From NCBI GenBank assembly GCA_963707505.1, contig CAVPQB010000001.1:64001-128000 (forward strand): a stretch of 64,000 nucleotides of DNA. Reading direction: 5' to 3'. A program made the position numbers and the translations under genes. Positions 1 to 9,534 of the stretch are shown here, in pieces. A model generated the notes under the pieces. That model ran no database searches and was not told the origin of the DNA. It worked only from the letters and a program-made list of their open reading frames with translations. This DNA is from an uncultured Gemmatimonadales bacterium (GTDB taxonomy: Bacteria > Gemmatimonadota > Gemmatimonadetes > Gemmatimonadales > Gemmatimonadaceae). The stretch's first letter is position 1. Every line of letters starts with the position of its first letter.

Positions 1-188
1 GCCGGAGGCGCGGCGACCGGAGGCGCGGCGACCGGAGGCGCGGCGACCGGAGGCGGTGGCGTAGGCTCCGGCGCTGTGACGACAGACTTGGTCGCCGGCG
101 CACAGGCGGCAAACGCCATCGCGGCGAACGTGATCCATGTAATCTGCTTCGTGAACTGCCTCGTGAACTGCTTCGTGAATTGCGTCAC
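1..188 (-). CDS. 5' part of a lipoprotein with Pro-rich linker (runs off window start)
   Basis: Not in ORF track. GTG at 188 overlaps the TGA of the upstream gene (GTGA). Reads MTQFTKQFTRQFTKQITWITFAAMAFAAC-APATKSVVTAPEPTPPPPVAAPPVAAPP; lipobox-like FAAC. Confidence 0.7.
   Translation of the reverse strand, partial: MTQFTKQFTRQFTKQITWITFAAMAFAACAPATKSVVTAPEPTPPPPVAAPPVAAPPVAAPP
2..55. repeat. 15-bp in-frame tandem repeat (CCGGAGGCGCGGCGA x3.6) encoding a PPVAA-type linker
   Basis: Units at 2, 17, 32 and partial at 47. Confidence 0.9.
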
Positions 189-694
189 GCTATTCCTGTA
201 TTGAATGGTAGCTCGAGAGTTTCGTCCGGCGCCATCTCCTTCCAGCGCTGGACCAGCTGCTGGACGCGCGCACGCACTCTCGCAATTTCTTCGCCTGTAA
301 GCGGTCGCAGCTCCGGACCGCCTCTGCCAGATACATACGTCCGGGCGTGCTCGTTCACTTCATCCGCGGTCCATTCGACGCCGAGCGAGCGTTGAACGTC
401 GAACAATCCAACCACCTGCTCGACAACAACGGCCTCGAGGGGCAGTGGGCCACGCGGACTCTTCCCGCCAGTATCGTTGATGTCCCAACCATCCGCTACG
501 AGGCCGAAGAACCCGGAGCGAAAGCCAAGCTCGGTCTCGACTACATAGTGAGTCATGTCGTGGAATGGAAACACCGACGAGAGCTGCCCGTTCTGCCGCT
601 GCCATGTCGCTGTCCCGTCAGCACGATCACATCGCAGCACGACACTCCCATCTCGGCGCTTCGTAAGACGAATTACCATGTCAGGCATCGTCAT
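185..694 (-). CDS. Hypothetical protein (169 aa)
   Basis: Natural-looking globular sequence (HDMTHYVVE, GFFGLVA); overlaps both neighbours as in an operon. Confidence 0.75.
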   Translation of the reverse strand: MTMPDMVIRLTKRRDGSVVLRCDRADGTATWQRQNGQLSSVFPFHDMTHYVVETELGFRSGFFGLVADGWDINDTGGKSPRGPLPLEAVVVEQVVGLFDVQRSLGVEWTADEVNEHARTYVSGRGGPELRPLTGEEIARVRARVQQLVQRWKEMAPDETLELPFNTGIA

Positions 695-1052
695 CCAATT
701 GCGCGACCAATCTCCTCGGCGCGGTCATTCTGTACGCGTCCAGTAGAAGTCCTTCCAGCGCATTCCAATCCGGTGATTTATCCAGCCACACTCCGACCCA
801 CCCTTTCGGCCCCACGTAAGGTGGTGAGTAGTACCGGTTCGGCTCCGCTCTGATCATCATGTCCTGCGTGACAGGCTTCGCCTTGCACCACACACTTGTA
901 CGGCCGCCACCGTGATGAGTTGCGGCGGAAGCATACATCGCGAAGATCTTGTTGCGCACCCGAAACGTCGGCTCGCCCCACGCTTCGACTTCATGCGCTT
1001 CGGGTAGGGCCAGGCATAGCGCACGCAGGCGTTCAGTTGGATCGCGTTTCAT
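681..1052 (-). CDS. MmcQ/YjbR family protein
   Basis: LCLALPEA..WGEPTFRVRNKIFA..PYVGPKGWVGVWLD..LLLDAYRMTAP pattern; start set at MKRDP. Confidence 0.88.
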   Translation of the reverse strand: MKRDPTERLRALCLALPEAHEVEAWGEPTFRVRNKIFAMYASAATHHGGGRTSVWCKAKPVTQDMMIRAEPNRYYSPPYVGPKGWVGVWLDKSPDWNALEGLLLDAYRMTAPRRLVAQLDDDA

Positions 1053-1067
1053 CGAGCTCACTGGTGT

Positions 1068-1391
1068 TCAGCGGTACGCCGTTGTCATGGATTGCACTCT
1101 GCTACCGTGCCGCGCCAGCAGGTAGTTCACGAAGTCGCCGACGATCGGACTCGGCTTTTTCGATCCTTTTGTAATGACGCGGGCGCTCAACACCGCAGAT
1201 TGTGTATCCCACTCGACGTTGAGCGCTCCACGCGCGGAGTCGGCGCTGTGAAGCTTCATCCAGCCAGGTTGACGGCCAGGCTGCTTCTCGCTCGTGACAC
1301 GCAGACCGAACCTGTCGATTCGCTTGTCATTGGCGATCGCTTCGCGGAGGCTTCCACCTTTGGAGCAGAGCACCTGAACCAGAATCTGCAT
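1068..1391 (-). CDS. Hypothetical protein (107 aa)
   Basis: GAGGA Shine-Dalgarno (SD) upstream of ATG; co-oriented with the downstream genes; normal composition. Confidence 0.7.
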   Translation of the reverse strand: MQILVQVLCSKGGSLREAIANDKRIDRFGLRVTSEKQPGRQPGWMKLHSADSARGALNVEWDTQSAVLSARVITKGSKKPSPIVGDFVNYLLARHGSRVQSMTTAYR

Positions 1392-1416
1392 TGAATCCTC
1401 GGAGTGAAAAGAGAAT

Positions 1417-1474
1417 CGTCATTCCCGCGAAAACGGCATACGCATTCGTCATTCCCGCGAAAGCGGGAATGACG
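1417..1474. repeat. Palindromic REP/dRS3-like element (one partial and one full copy)
   Basis: CGTCATTCCCGC-GAAA-GCGGGAATGACG at 1447-1474 (12-bp perfect stem); partial copy at 1417-1435. Confidence 0.9.
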
Positions 1475-1491
1475 GCTCGTTCGAACGCATC

Positions 1492-2031
1492 CTACTTCGT
1501 TGCTCCAGTCAGCGGCAACTCGAGCAACAGGCGCGAGATGTTCGGCTCGCTCGTGTAATACATCCGCAGCCTGTCGAGAGTTACAGGTTCTGTTACGCGC
1601 ACGGCGAGCAGCGAATCGAGCGCCTCTCTCGTGAGAGTCTTGTAAAGGTTGAGCGTGACATGGGGCGAGAAGGCGAATCGTGGGCGTGCGAAGTGCAGTC
1701 CGCTCGCGCCGATCCGGTCGTGGAGCGCACGGATCGGGCCGCGCGGTGTGATCGGCAACACCACGATCTGGGTCGCGGGAAAACGCTCAGGCTTTCCTAG
1801 TACGAGCTCGATCGGGGGCGTCGTGCTGGTGATCGGCTCCAGCCGCTCGCGCATCAGCTCCACCGGCGTATCCGCCGCCATCGGCCCGAGTCCGGACGAG
1901 CCCGCGAGAGTCAGATGCGGCCGCCGTCCGCTGCCGAGCTTGGGATCGTGGCGCTCGATGACCGCCTGGATCTCGTCGGCCACAGCGCCGGTCAGCTCGC
2001 CGAGTATGAAGATGCCGGACGGGGTGGCCAC
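1492..2031 (-). CDS. 2H phosphoesterase (2'-5' RNA ligase family)
   Basis: Two HxT motifs (PHLTL, PHVTL) about 80 aa apart. Confidence 0.88.
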   Translation of the reverse strand: MATPSGIFILGELTGAVADEIQAVIERHDPKLGSGRRPHLTLAGSSGLGPMAADTPVELMRERLEPITSTTPPIELVLGKPERFPATQIVVLPITPRGPIRALHDRIGASGLHFARPRFAFSPHVTLNLYKTLTREALDSLLAVRVTEPVTLDRLRMYYTSEPNISRLLLELPLTGATK

Positions 2032-2037
2032 ACGAGG

Positions 2038-2050
2038 AAGATACTATCTT
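2038..2050. promoter_or_regulatory. Candidate bidirectional -10 element (AAGATA-C-TATCTT)
   Basis: TATCTT lies 6 nt before the start codon on each strand (GTG 2031 minus, ATG 2057 plus); neither start has a well-placed SD. Confidence 0.6.
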
Positions 2051-2056
2051 ATGCCA

Positions 2057-2953
2057 ATGCTCAATATCGACCTCACGGGCAAGCGTGCCCTCGTTGCGGG
2101 CGTGGCCGATGATGGCGGATTCGGCTTCGCGATCGCCAAGAGACTTGCCGAGGCTGGCGCGACGGTTTGCGTAGGAACCTGGCCGCCCGCGCTGACGATT
2201 TTCCTTAATCTGCTCGAGCGTGGGAAGATGGATGAGGCTCGCCGGATGCCCGATGGCTCCATGCTGGAATTCGAGCGCATCTATCCGCTGGACGCCGCCT
2301 ACGACACCCTCGCCGATGCCCCGGAGGACGTCCGGACCAACAAGCGCTACAAGGAGACGGGGGACTTTTCCATAGAAGGAATGGCGACCAGGCTCGTTGC
2401 TGACTTCGGCGACAGGCCGCTCGACATCGTCGTCCATTCGCTCGCCAATGGACCCGAAGTCAAAAAGGCCTTGTTGGACACAAGCCGAAGTGGCTATCTG
2501 ACCGCAGTGAGCGTGAGCGCATATTCGATGATCGCGCTTACGTCGAAATTGTCGCCATTGATGCGCGATGGTGGCTCGTTTCTGTCGCTAACTTACATGG
2601 CATCGGAGCGTGCAATCCCAGGGTATGGCGGCGGGATGTCGTCGGCAAAGGCGGCTCTGGAGAGTGATACCAGGGTGCTCGCGTACGAGGTCGGGCGGCG
2701 ATATGGTCATCGCGTAAACACCATTTCAGCCGGGCCATATGCGTCGCGCGCTGCCAGCGCGATCGGGATTATCGAGCGTATGGTGGAGTACTGCTCCCAG
2801 AATTCGGCACTACCGCAGAAGCTCGAGGCTGACGAAGTTGGGACCGCCGCGGCGTTCCTGTGCTCACCACTGGCGAGCGGGATCACTGGAAGCACCGTGT
2901 ACGTGGACAAGGGGTACCACTCCATGGGCATGGCAGTAACCTCGCTCGAATAG
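2057..2953 (+). CDS. fabI: Enoyl-ACP reductase, plant/chlamydial-type FabI
   Basis: [56 protein letters not shown]. The track's 1649 start overlaps the divergent gene; true start is 2051 or 2057. Confidence 0.93.
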   Translation: MLNIDLTGKRALVAGVADDGGFGFAIAKRLAEAGATVCVGTWPPALTIFLNLLERGKMDEARRMPDGSMLEFERIYPLDAAYDTLADAPEDVRTNKRYKETGDFSIEGMATRLVADFGDRPLDIVVHSLANGPEVKKALLDTSRSGYLTAVSVSAYSMIALTSKLSPLMRDGGSFLSLTYMASERAIPGYGGGMSSAKAALESDTRVLAYEVGRRYGHRVNTISAGPYASRAASAIGIIERMVEYCSQNSALPQKLEADEVGTAAAFLCSPLASGITGSTVYVDKGYHSMGMAVTSLE

Positions 2954-2996
2954 GCCGCGAGGACCCGGTCAGAAAATTGGCGTGTAACAGTAGCCG

Positions 2997-5547
2997 ATGA
3001 TCGTCTCAAAAAGCGCCATCCGGCCGCCGCTTCGACCGCTCGCGCCTCTCCTCGCGTCTCTGTTGGCATCGCTCGTCGTTTCCGCATGCATGCCATCGCC
3101 GAGCATTGCTCCGACGCCGGCTGCATCGACGACCGACACGACGGGAGCAGATTCGGGCAGAGCCGGCGGACCGCACGTTTCGGTCAAGCCGTACGCTGAG
3201 GTCATTACAAAGAACGCAAAGACGCGCGACGGACTGTTCAAGACCCACCGCGTTGGCGACACGCTGTACTTCGAGATTCCGGCGAAGGAGCTGAATCGCG
3301 ACATGCTGCTGGTGGGTCGGTACGCACGCACGGCCGCGGTCGACGCGAACAACCCATTCGGAGCTTACGGCGGTGACGAGTTCGGCGAGCGCACTCTCAG
3401 ATGGGAGCGCTCCGGGAATCGCGTGATACTACGATCGCCGTCGTTCGCGATCATGGCCGACACCTCGTTGCCGATCTATCGCGCAGTGCAGTCGGGAAGC
3501 TACGCACCCATCATTGCAATATTCGACGTCGCCGCATACGGACCCGACAGCGCGGCGGTGATCGACGTGACGCGTCTCTACACCACCGACGTTCCGGAAT
3601 TCGCGGCGATTCACGGGCAGGTGGATGAGAAGCGCTCGTACATCGAGAACGCGATCGCGTTTCCCGGACAACGTCGAGATCGAGGCGACCCAGACCGGGA
3701 TACCACAGCCGAGCGGCGGATCGTCCATCCGCGCAGGAGCGGTCGGCCATAAGCGTGCTCGCGCACTGGAGCATGGTGCGTCTTCCGACCGAGCCGATGC
3801 TGCCGCGTCTCGCTGACGATCGCATCGGATTTCTGAGCGTCACGCGTACCGACTACGGCACAAAGCAATACCGTTCAGTGGAGCGCGAGTACATCAACAG
3901 GTGGCGTCTCGAAAAGAAGAATCCGGGCGCTGGCGTGTCCGACCCGGTGAAGCCGATCGTGTATTACATCGATCCTGCGACACCGGAGCAATGGAAACCA
4001 TGGATCCGGAAGGCCGTCCTCGACTGGCAGCCGGCATTCGAGGCAGCAGGTTTCTCGCAACGCCATCATACCGATGGATCCGCCGACCGACGATCCCGAC
4101 TGGTCGCCGGACGACGTGCGTCACACGGTGATTCGCTGGCTTCCATCGACGGTCGGAGAATGCGGTCGGTCCGCACGTCGCGGATCCGCGCACGGGTGAG
4201 ATTCTGAACGGTTCGATCCGCGTGTTCCACAACGTTCTCAACCTCAATCGCGACTGGTACTTCACGCAGGTGGCGCCGCTCGATCCGCGAGCGCAGCACT
4301 GGCCGATGCCGGATTCGTTGATGGGCCGCATGGTCGAGTACGTGGTCGCGCACGAGATCGGTCACACGCTCGGCCTCGCCCACAACTTCAAGGCGAGCTC
4401 GATGTATCCGGCGGACTCCGTGCGCTCGCGCACCTGGGTCCATCGCATGGGACATACGCCGAGCATCATGGATTACGCGCGGTACAATTACGTCGCGCAG
4501 CCGGAAGATTCGATCGACGTGAACGATCTCGTGCCGCGCGTCGGGCCGTACGACAAGTACGCGATAATGTGGGGCTACACTCCGATCGCCGGTGCAACGA
4601 CCCCGGAACAGGAGCGGCCGTCGCTCGATTCGATCGCGCGCATGCAGGACAGCGTTCCGTGGTACAGATTCGGTCATCTCGCCGAGTCCCGCGCGGACAA
4701 CCCGGATCCTGGTGACGAGGTGGAGGCGGTTGGCGACGCCGATGCGGTGAAGTCGACCGGCTATGGGCTCAGGAACATCGAGCGCACGATGCCCATGTTG
4801 CTGCGCGTGACGCAGAAAGCCGGTGAGGACAACTCGGATCTGGAAGAGATTTACGGCAGGCTCGTAGGACAGTGGTCGGACGAGATGGGTCATGTCGCAA
4901 ACATCATCGGCGGAGCGACTGCGCGGGTGAAGTACGGATCACAGCCCGGCGCCGTATACACGCCCGTGTCGCGTGCGCGTCAGATCGAAGCGATACAGTT
5001 CCTGAACGCGCACGTCTTTCACACGCCGACGTTCTTTCTGGACAATGCCGTGACGAGTCGTATCGAGGCGAACGGATCGCTGTCGCGGATCAACGACGCG
5101 CAGGCGCGAATCCTTCACACGTTGCTGGAAGACGCACGCGTGCAGCGGATGATCGAGATCTCATCGCGCGGTGGCGACGTGTACACGCTACCCGAGATGC
5201 TCTCCGACATTCGGCACGGCATCTGGACCGAGCTTGGTGATCGCAGCGTCACCATCGACGTGTATCGCCGCAACCTGCAGAGATCGTATCTGGATCAACT
5301 GGACGCAAAGATCAACGGATCGCATGGCGATGGATTCACCATCGTGCTTACGCCGAACTCACGTAATCAACGACCTGCGAGCACGCCCGCCTCGATGGCC
5401 GACGCGCGCGCGGCGATGCGGGCGGAGCTGGTTGCACTACGCGCGGAGATTGTTGCCGCCCTACCGCGTGCGGCGGACGCGGCGACGCGCGCTCATCTGG
5501 AAGATGCGAAGGTCGCGATCGACAGGACGCTGGATCCGAATCGATGA
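2997..5547 (+). CDS. Lipoprotein zinc-dependent metalloprotease (DUF5118/DUF5117/DUF4953 type), four frameshifts
   Basis: Lipobox [28 protein letters not shown]. The frame moves +1 near 3663, 3742, 4058 and 4155; probably an intact gene with sequencing errors. Confidence 0.85.
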
Positions 5548-5636
5548 TACTATCGGCGGCGAATTATGGGTGCCGATGATCAACCTTCCGTGATGCGGGG
5601 ACGCCGGACGACACTAGACGTGCGTAACCGGCCACC

Positions 5637-6473
5637 TCACGGCAATATGGTGAATGTGAACGGCTGCGTTACGAGCTGCCTGACGTTTCTACCATTTATT
5701 CGTGCAGGAATGAAACGCATGTGCGGGACCTGGGCGAGTACCGCTTGCGTGAATGCCTGTTCAGGTGCGACATCGTCAATGTCGGGACCTGTCAGGACGT
5801 CATGATACGGTGCGGGGCGGTCCCGCCACGTCTTCACCGAAGTGACCTTGAACGTCGTTGGATCGATCTTGCCCGTCGTGTCGATCACGAACGTCGTGTA
5901 CACGATCGCAGCGAGGCCGGCGCGTACGAGCGACGTGGGGTACCTCGGCACCTCACTTCCGGGTGCAAACGCCGCAGGCCCTCCCAGCCGCTTGTATCCG
6001 CCCGTCTGAATCATCGAATCCACAAGTCGGGAAACGGCACTTTGCGGAACAGGTGGCGCGGGATCTTCCTTGTGAAAAAGAAAAGACTGTTCGATCTCTT
6101 CGGCGACCTTATGACCGGATTTCTGTGCAACGACGAAATGCATCGTCGTCAGAGCCCGTCGCACTGACGCTGCGAAGAGAGGTTGGCCGTAGGCTTCCGT
6201 CAGGATTGACGTCGTATCGACGAGCCCTGTCGTGTCGACGACGAATTGAGCCAATACCTTGCCGTCTATTCCCAATGGACGGAGCGAGTCCGGATACAAC
6301 GGCTCCGTTCCATCTCCAATTTGTTTTGCGTGTGTATCGACTTCACTCGCGGAATAGACGCGCGGCACCGTGGCGTCGGTGCTGGCCTGTGCCTGGGCAG
6401 GATGAGACTGCGAGATCGTACTCAGGAACACAACGGTGATCAGGAACAGGGCTCCGACAGACTGGTCTCTCAT
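5637..6473 (-). CDS. Secreted protein with two TonB C-terminal domains
   Basis: YPDSLR..GKVLAQFVVDTTG..F and YPTSLV..TFVIDTTG..RFIPARINGRNVRQLVTQPFTF; signal peptide ending AQA. Confidence 0.85.
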   Translation of the reverse strand: MRDQSVGALFLITVVFLSTISQSHPAQAQASTDATVPRVYSASEVDTHAKQIGDGTEPLYPDSLRPLGIDGKVLAQFVVDTTGLVDTTSILTEAYGQPLFAASVRRALTTMHFVVAQKSGHKVAEEIEQSFLFHKEDPAPPVPQSAVSRLVDSMIQTGGYKRLGGPAAFAPGSEVPRYPTSLVRAGLAAIVYTTFVIDTTGKIDPTTFKVTSVKTWRDRPAPYHDVLTGPDIDDVAPEQAFTQAVLAQVPHMRFIPARINGRNVRQLVTQPFTFTILP

Positions 6474-6605
6474 CAGTGATTCCAGAGGTGGGTTCAGGCC
6501 GCAAAAGATACACGTCCTGGCCGAGTACGCGAGGGATTCACTGTTGCTGACGGATTGCGGCGCATGATCCGGCGCGGTGCACGCGCGGATTGCGTCACTA
6601 TTGCG

Positions 6606-7118
6606 CTACGGTACCGTGACGCTCTGATCCAGGACGACCGAACCTGTATTCGTAGCGTTCGACCCTGTCTGACCGCCCGTCACCACGTACTTCACTACAA
6701 CTCGTATACTACCGGCGGGTATGGCGAGTGACCTTTCGATGTAGCTGTAGTTCGGCCCGTCCTGAGCCACTGCGCACGTGCCGGCTCCAGGTCCCGGGAC
6801 GGTCGTGATAATCCGCACCGTCAGAGTGGTTCCGCTGAGGTTGTCGTCGGCTGAAACTGTAGTCGCGCAGGGAGGGTCTGGTGCAACGACGACGCCGGCT
6901 ACGACGACGCTGGCGACGTCGCCTCTCGCCGTAACGCGTGACAGCAACTGCGCCTCATCTGGCGACACCGTTTGTACGCTGAAGCTGGGTGCCGGTCGCG
7001 GAACGGTGATCGAAGAGCTCGAACACGCGACAAGCAGGAGCGCGAGCAGAGCTGCCGCGAGTCCATGGGCCGGCGGCTGACCTCCAGGGTAATTAGCAGA
7101 ACGGAATCGCATCCGCAT
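6606..7118 (-). CDS. Hypothetical lipoprotein
   Basis: Hydrophobic stretch with LVAC lipobox; beta-rich body with two more Cys; GGAG upstream. Confidence 0.65.
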   Translation of the reverse strand: MRMRFRSANYPGGQPPAHGLAAALLALLLVACSSSSITVPRPAPSFSVQTVSPDEAQLLSRVTARGDVASVVVAGVVVAPDPPCATTVSADDNLSGTTLTVRIITTVPGPGAGTCAVAQDGPNYSYIERSLAIPAGSIRVVVKYVVTGGQTGSNATNTGSVVLDQSVTVP

Positions 7119-7230
7119 ATCCGGTTCTCCAGGTCACGATGAAGATGCGCAACAAGAGTCGGAATTGCATCTCCCGAGCGGCCAGGTGCGCGTTTTACGA
7201 TGTGAGCGCGCAACAGGCCGCCGCGATCGG

Positions 7231-9019
7231 CTACGCCACCACGTCCTTATCCCGCCGTATCGGAACCCGCTTCCCCTTGATGTGCGTTGCGCGCAACGTG
7301 TCGACGATGTCATCCGCTATTTCATCGGGGACTTCGACAAGTGAGAACCGATCGTAGATCTCGATGGCACCGATAACATCTGCGTCGAGTTGCAGCTCGT
7401 TCGCGATCGCTCCGACAATGTCACCGGGACGGATCTTGGCCTTGCGCCCTGCACCGATGTATATCTTCGCAACTTCCCAACTGGGCTTGCGCTTGGTGCC
7501 TGCTACGGTACGCGGAGGTTTGCCTTCGCGCTTTGGGCGATCATCTGGACGATCGTGCGGAGTCGAAGGGCGCTGTGCTGGCGGACGCTGAACCGGAATC
7601 TCTTCTTCCGCTTCATGCTTGTCGTTGCCGCTCGCTTCGTGCGCCATCTTCACCGCCGCCGCTGCGATATCCATCACGTCGTAATCGCCATCAGCCAGCG
7701 ACTCGACGACTCCGCGATACTCGTCCAAATCGTCGCCAATCAGAATTTCCTGCAGACGTTGCACGCGTCAGCTCGACGCGCCGTACGCGCATGTCTGCGA
7801 CGGTAGGGACTGTCGCGATCTCGATCTTCTGCTTGGTGATGTTCTCGATGTTGCGCAGGAACCGGTGCTCGCGTGGCTCGGCGAGCGTTATCGCAACGCC
7901 CTCTCGGCCGGCGCGCCCGGTACGTCCGATGCGATGCACGTACGCATCCGGCGACGTTGGAACGTCGTAATTGAAAACGTGCGACAATTGCCCGATGTCC
8001 AGTCCGCGCGCGGCTACGTCGGTCGCTATCAACAGATCGGCGGTGTTGGCGCGGAACTTCTTCATCACTCTGTCGCGCTGTTCCTGCGACATCCCACCGT
8101 GCAACGCCTCCGCACGATATCCGCGCGAGTTGAGCGTCTCGGCGACCTGATCCACTTCGGTGCGCGTGCGACAGAACACCAGCGCCGACTTGGGGCTCTC
8201 CATGTCGAGCACGCGGCCGAGCGTGGTCATCTTGTGGACGCGTGGAACGATGTAGGCCATCTGGCGGACGCGTGGAACCGAGCCAGCCTTGGTCTTGTCG
8301 CGCGCGATGGTTACGCGTACCGGATTCTTGAGATGCTTGTTCGCGATTGCGGCGATGCGAGGTGCGATCGTCGCCGAGAACAGCGCAGTCTGTCGATCGG
8401 CAGGCGTCTCGCTCAGGATCGCTTCGAGATCTTCGGCGAACCCCATGTCCAGCATCTCGTCTGCCTCGTCGAGCACGACCGTGCGCACGGCGCCGAGCTG
8501 CAACGACTTGCGGCGGATGTGGTCGAGCGCGCGGCCTGGTGTCGCGACTACGATGTCCACTCCACGCTTGAGCGCCTTGAGCTGCTGCGTCATCGCTGCA
8601 CCGCCATACACTGGCAGCACCGACACGCCCATCGCCTTCCCGTACTTGTGAATCGCCTCGGCGACCTGCATCGCGAGCTCGCGAGTCGGAGCGAGGATCA
8701 GTGCATAGGGACCGCTTCCATGCTTCCGGTGTGACTCATGCAGGCGCTGGAGGATCGGGAGCGAGAAGGCGGCAGTCTTTCCGGTTCCAGTGGCGGCCTG
8801 GCCAAGGACATCCTTGCCCGCGATGAGCGCCGGGATCGTTTCGGTCTGGATCGGGGTCGGCTCCTCGTATCCCAGTGCGGTCAGTGCTGCGAGGATGGAA
8901 GGGTCCAACCCAAGGGCGGCGAATCCGGACTGGCCGGCACGGTCAGACTCGCCGGTTTGTGACGTCTCGTCCTCGGCTGCAGGGTCGGGGGTGTTCTTGT
9001 TGGTGACGCGGGTAGGCAT
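7231..9019 (-). CDS. DEAD-box RNA helicase, DeaD/CsdA-like with DbpA-type RNA-binding domain; one frameshift near 7757
   Basis: Q motif, ATGTGKT, PTRELA, DEAD, SAT, ARGLD, HRIGRTGRAG; the C-terminal ORF 7231-7764 continues in the +1 frame (IRPGDIVGAIANE). Confidence 0.92.
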
Positions 9020-9054
9020 CGTTCAATCTAAACCCGCAATATCCCCTCCACCTG

Positions 9055-9082
9055 TTGACTGACGGCAGCCCCTGCGTATTCT
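9055..9082 (+). promoter_or_regulatory. Sigma70-type promoter TTGACT-N16-TATTCT
   Basis: -35 at 9055-9060, -10 at 9077-9082, ATG at 9091. Confidence 0.55.
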
Positions 9083-9090
9083 CAAGCCTC

Positions 9091-9516
9091 ATGCATCCAT
9101 TCGATATGCTGACTTACTGGCTCCTGCAGGCACTCTCGTCGCTGTTTCTGGCGATCCTCTTTTTGCAATCAGGGATCGACAAGATCGTGGACCGGCGTGG
9201 GAATCTCGATTTCCTGATCGGTCACTTCGCCAAGAGCCCACTCGCGAAGACCGTCGGACCGATGTTTCTGACCATGACGATTCTGGAGACGCTGTCCGGG
9301 TTGTTGAGTGGCATCGGATTCCTGATGATCGTGTTCATGCACATTCCCGACGTGGCGTTCTGGGGGGCTGTGCTGTCCGGGATATCACTGTGCGCGCTGT
9401 TTTTCGGACAGAGGGTGGCGAAGGATTACGCCGGCGCAGCGGCGTTGGTGCCGTACTTCCTGCTGGCGCTGGCAGCGATGTGGCTGTTGGGGACGTCGCA
9501 TTTAGTAACTATTTGA
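9091..9516 (+). CDS. DoxX-like membrane protein
   Basis: LFLQSGIDKIVD..HFAKSPL..FGQRVAKDYAGAA; four hydrophobic segments. Start 9091 or 9106. Confidence 0.82.
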   Translation: MHPFDMLTYWLLQALSSLFLAILFLQSGIDKIVDRRGNLDFLIGHFAKSPLAKTVGPMFLTMTILETLSGLLSGIGFLMIVFMHIPDVAFWGAVLSGISLCALFFGQRVAKDYAGAAALVPYFLLALAAMWLLGTSHLVTI

Positions 9517-9534
9517 TACTAGATATGGCTGATT

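Noticed and set aside
1417..1474. Possible mini CRISPR array (two similar palindromic units 30 nt apart)
   Set aside because: No spacer-length unique sequence, only two units, no cas genes; the same motif is dispersed elsewhere.
1649..2050. Long N-terminal extensions in the ORF track (fabI from 1649, DUF5916 from 12351, MATE from 16076, M20 from 60123)
   Set aside because: The extensions overlap other genes or regulatory DNA and look non-protein-like; better starts lie downstream.
7745..7770. Programmed frameshift in the DEAD-box helicase giving short and long isoforms
   Set aside because: No slippery heptamer or stimulatory structure; it matches the window-wide +1 insertion error pattern.
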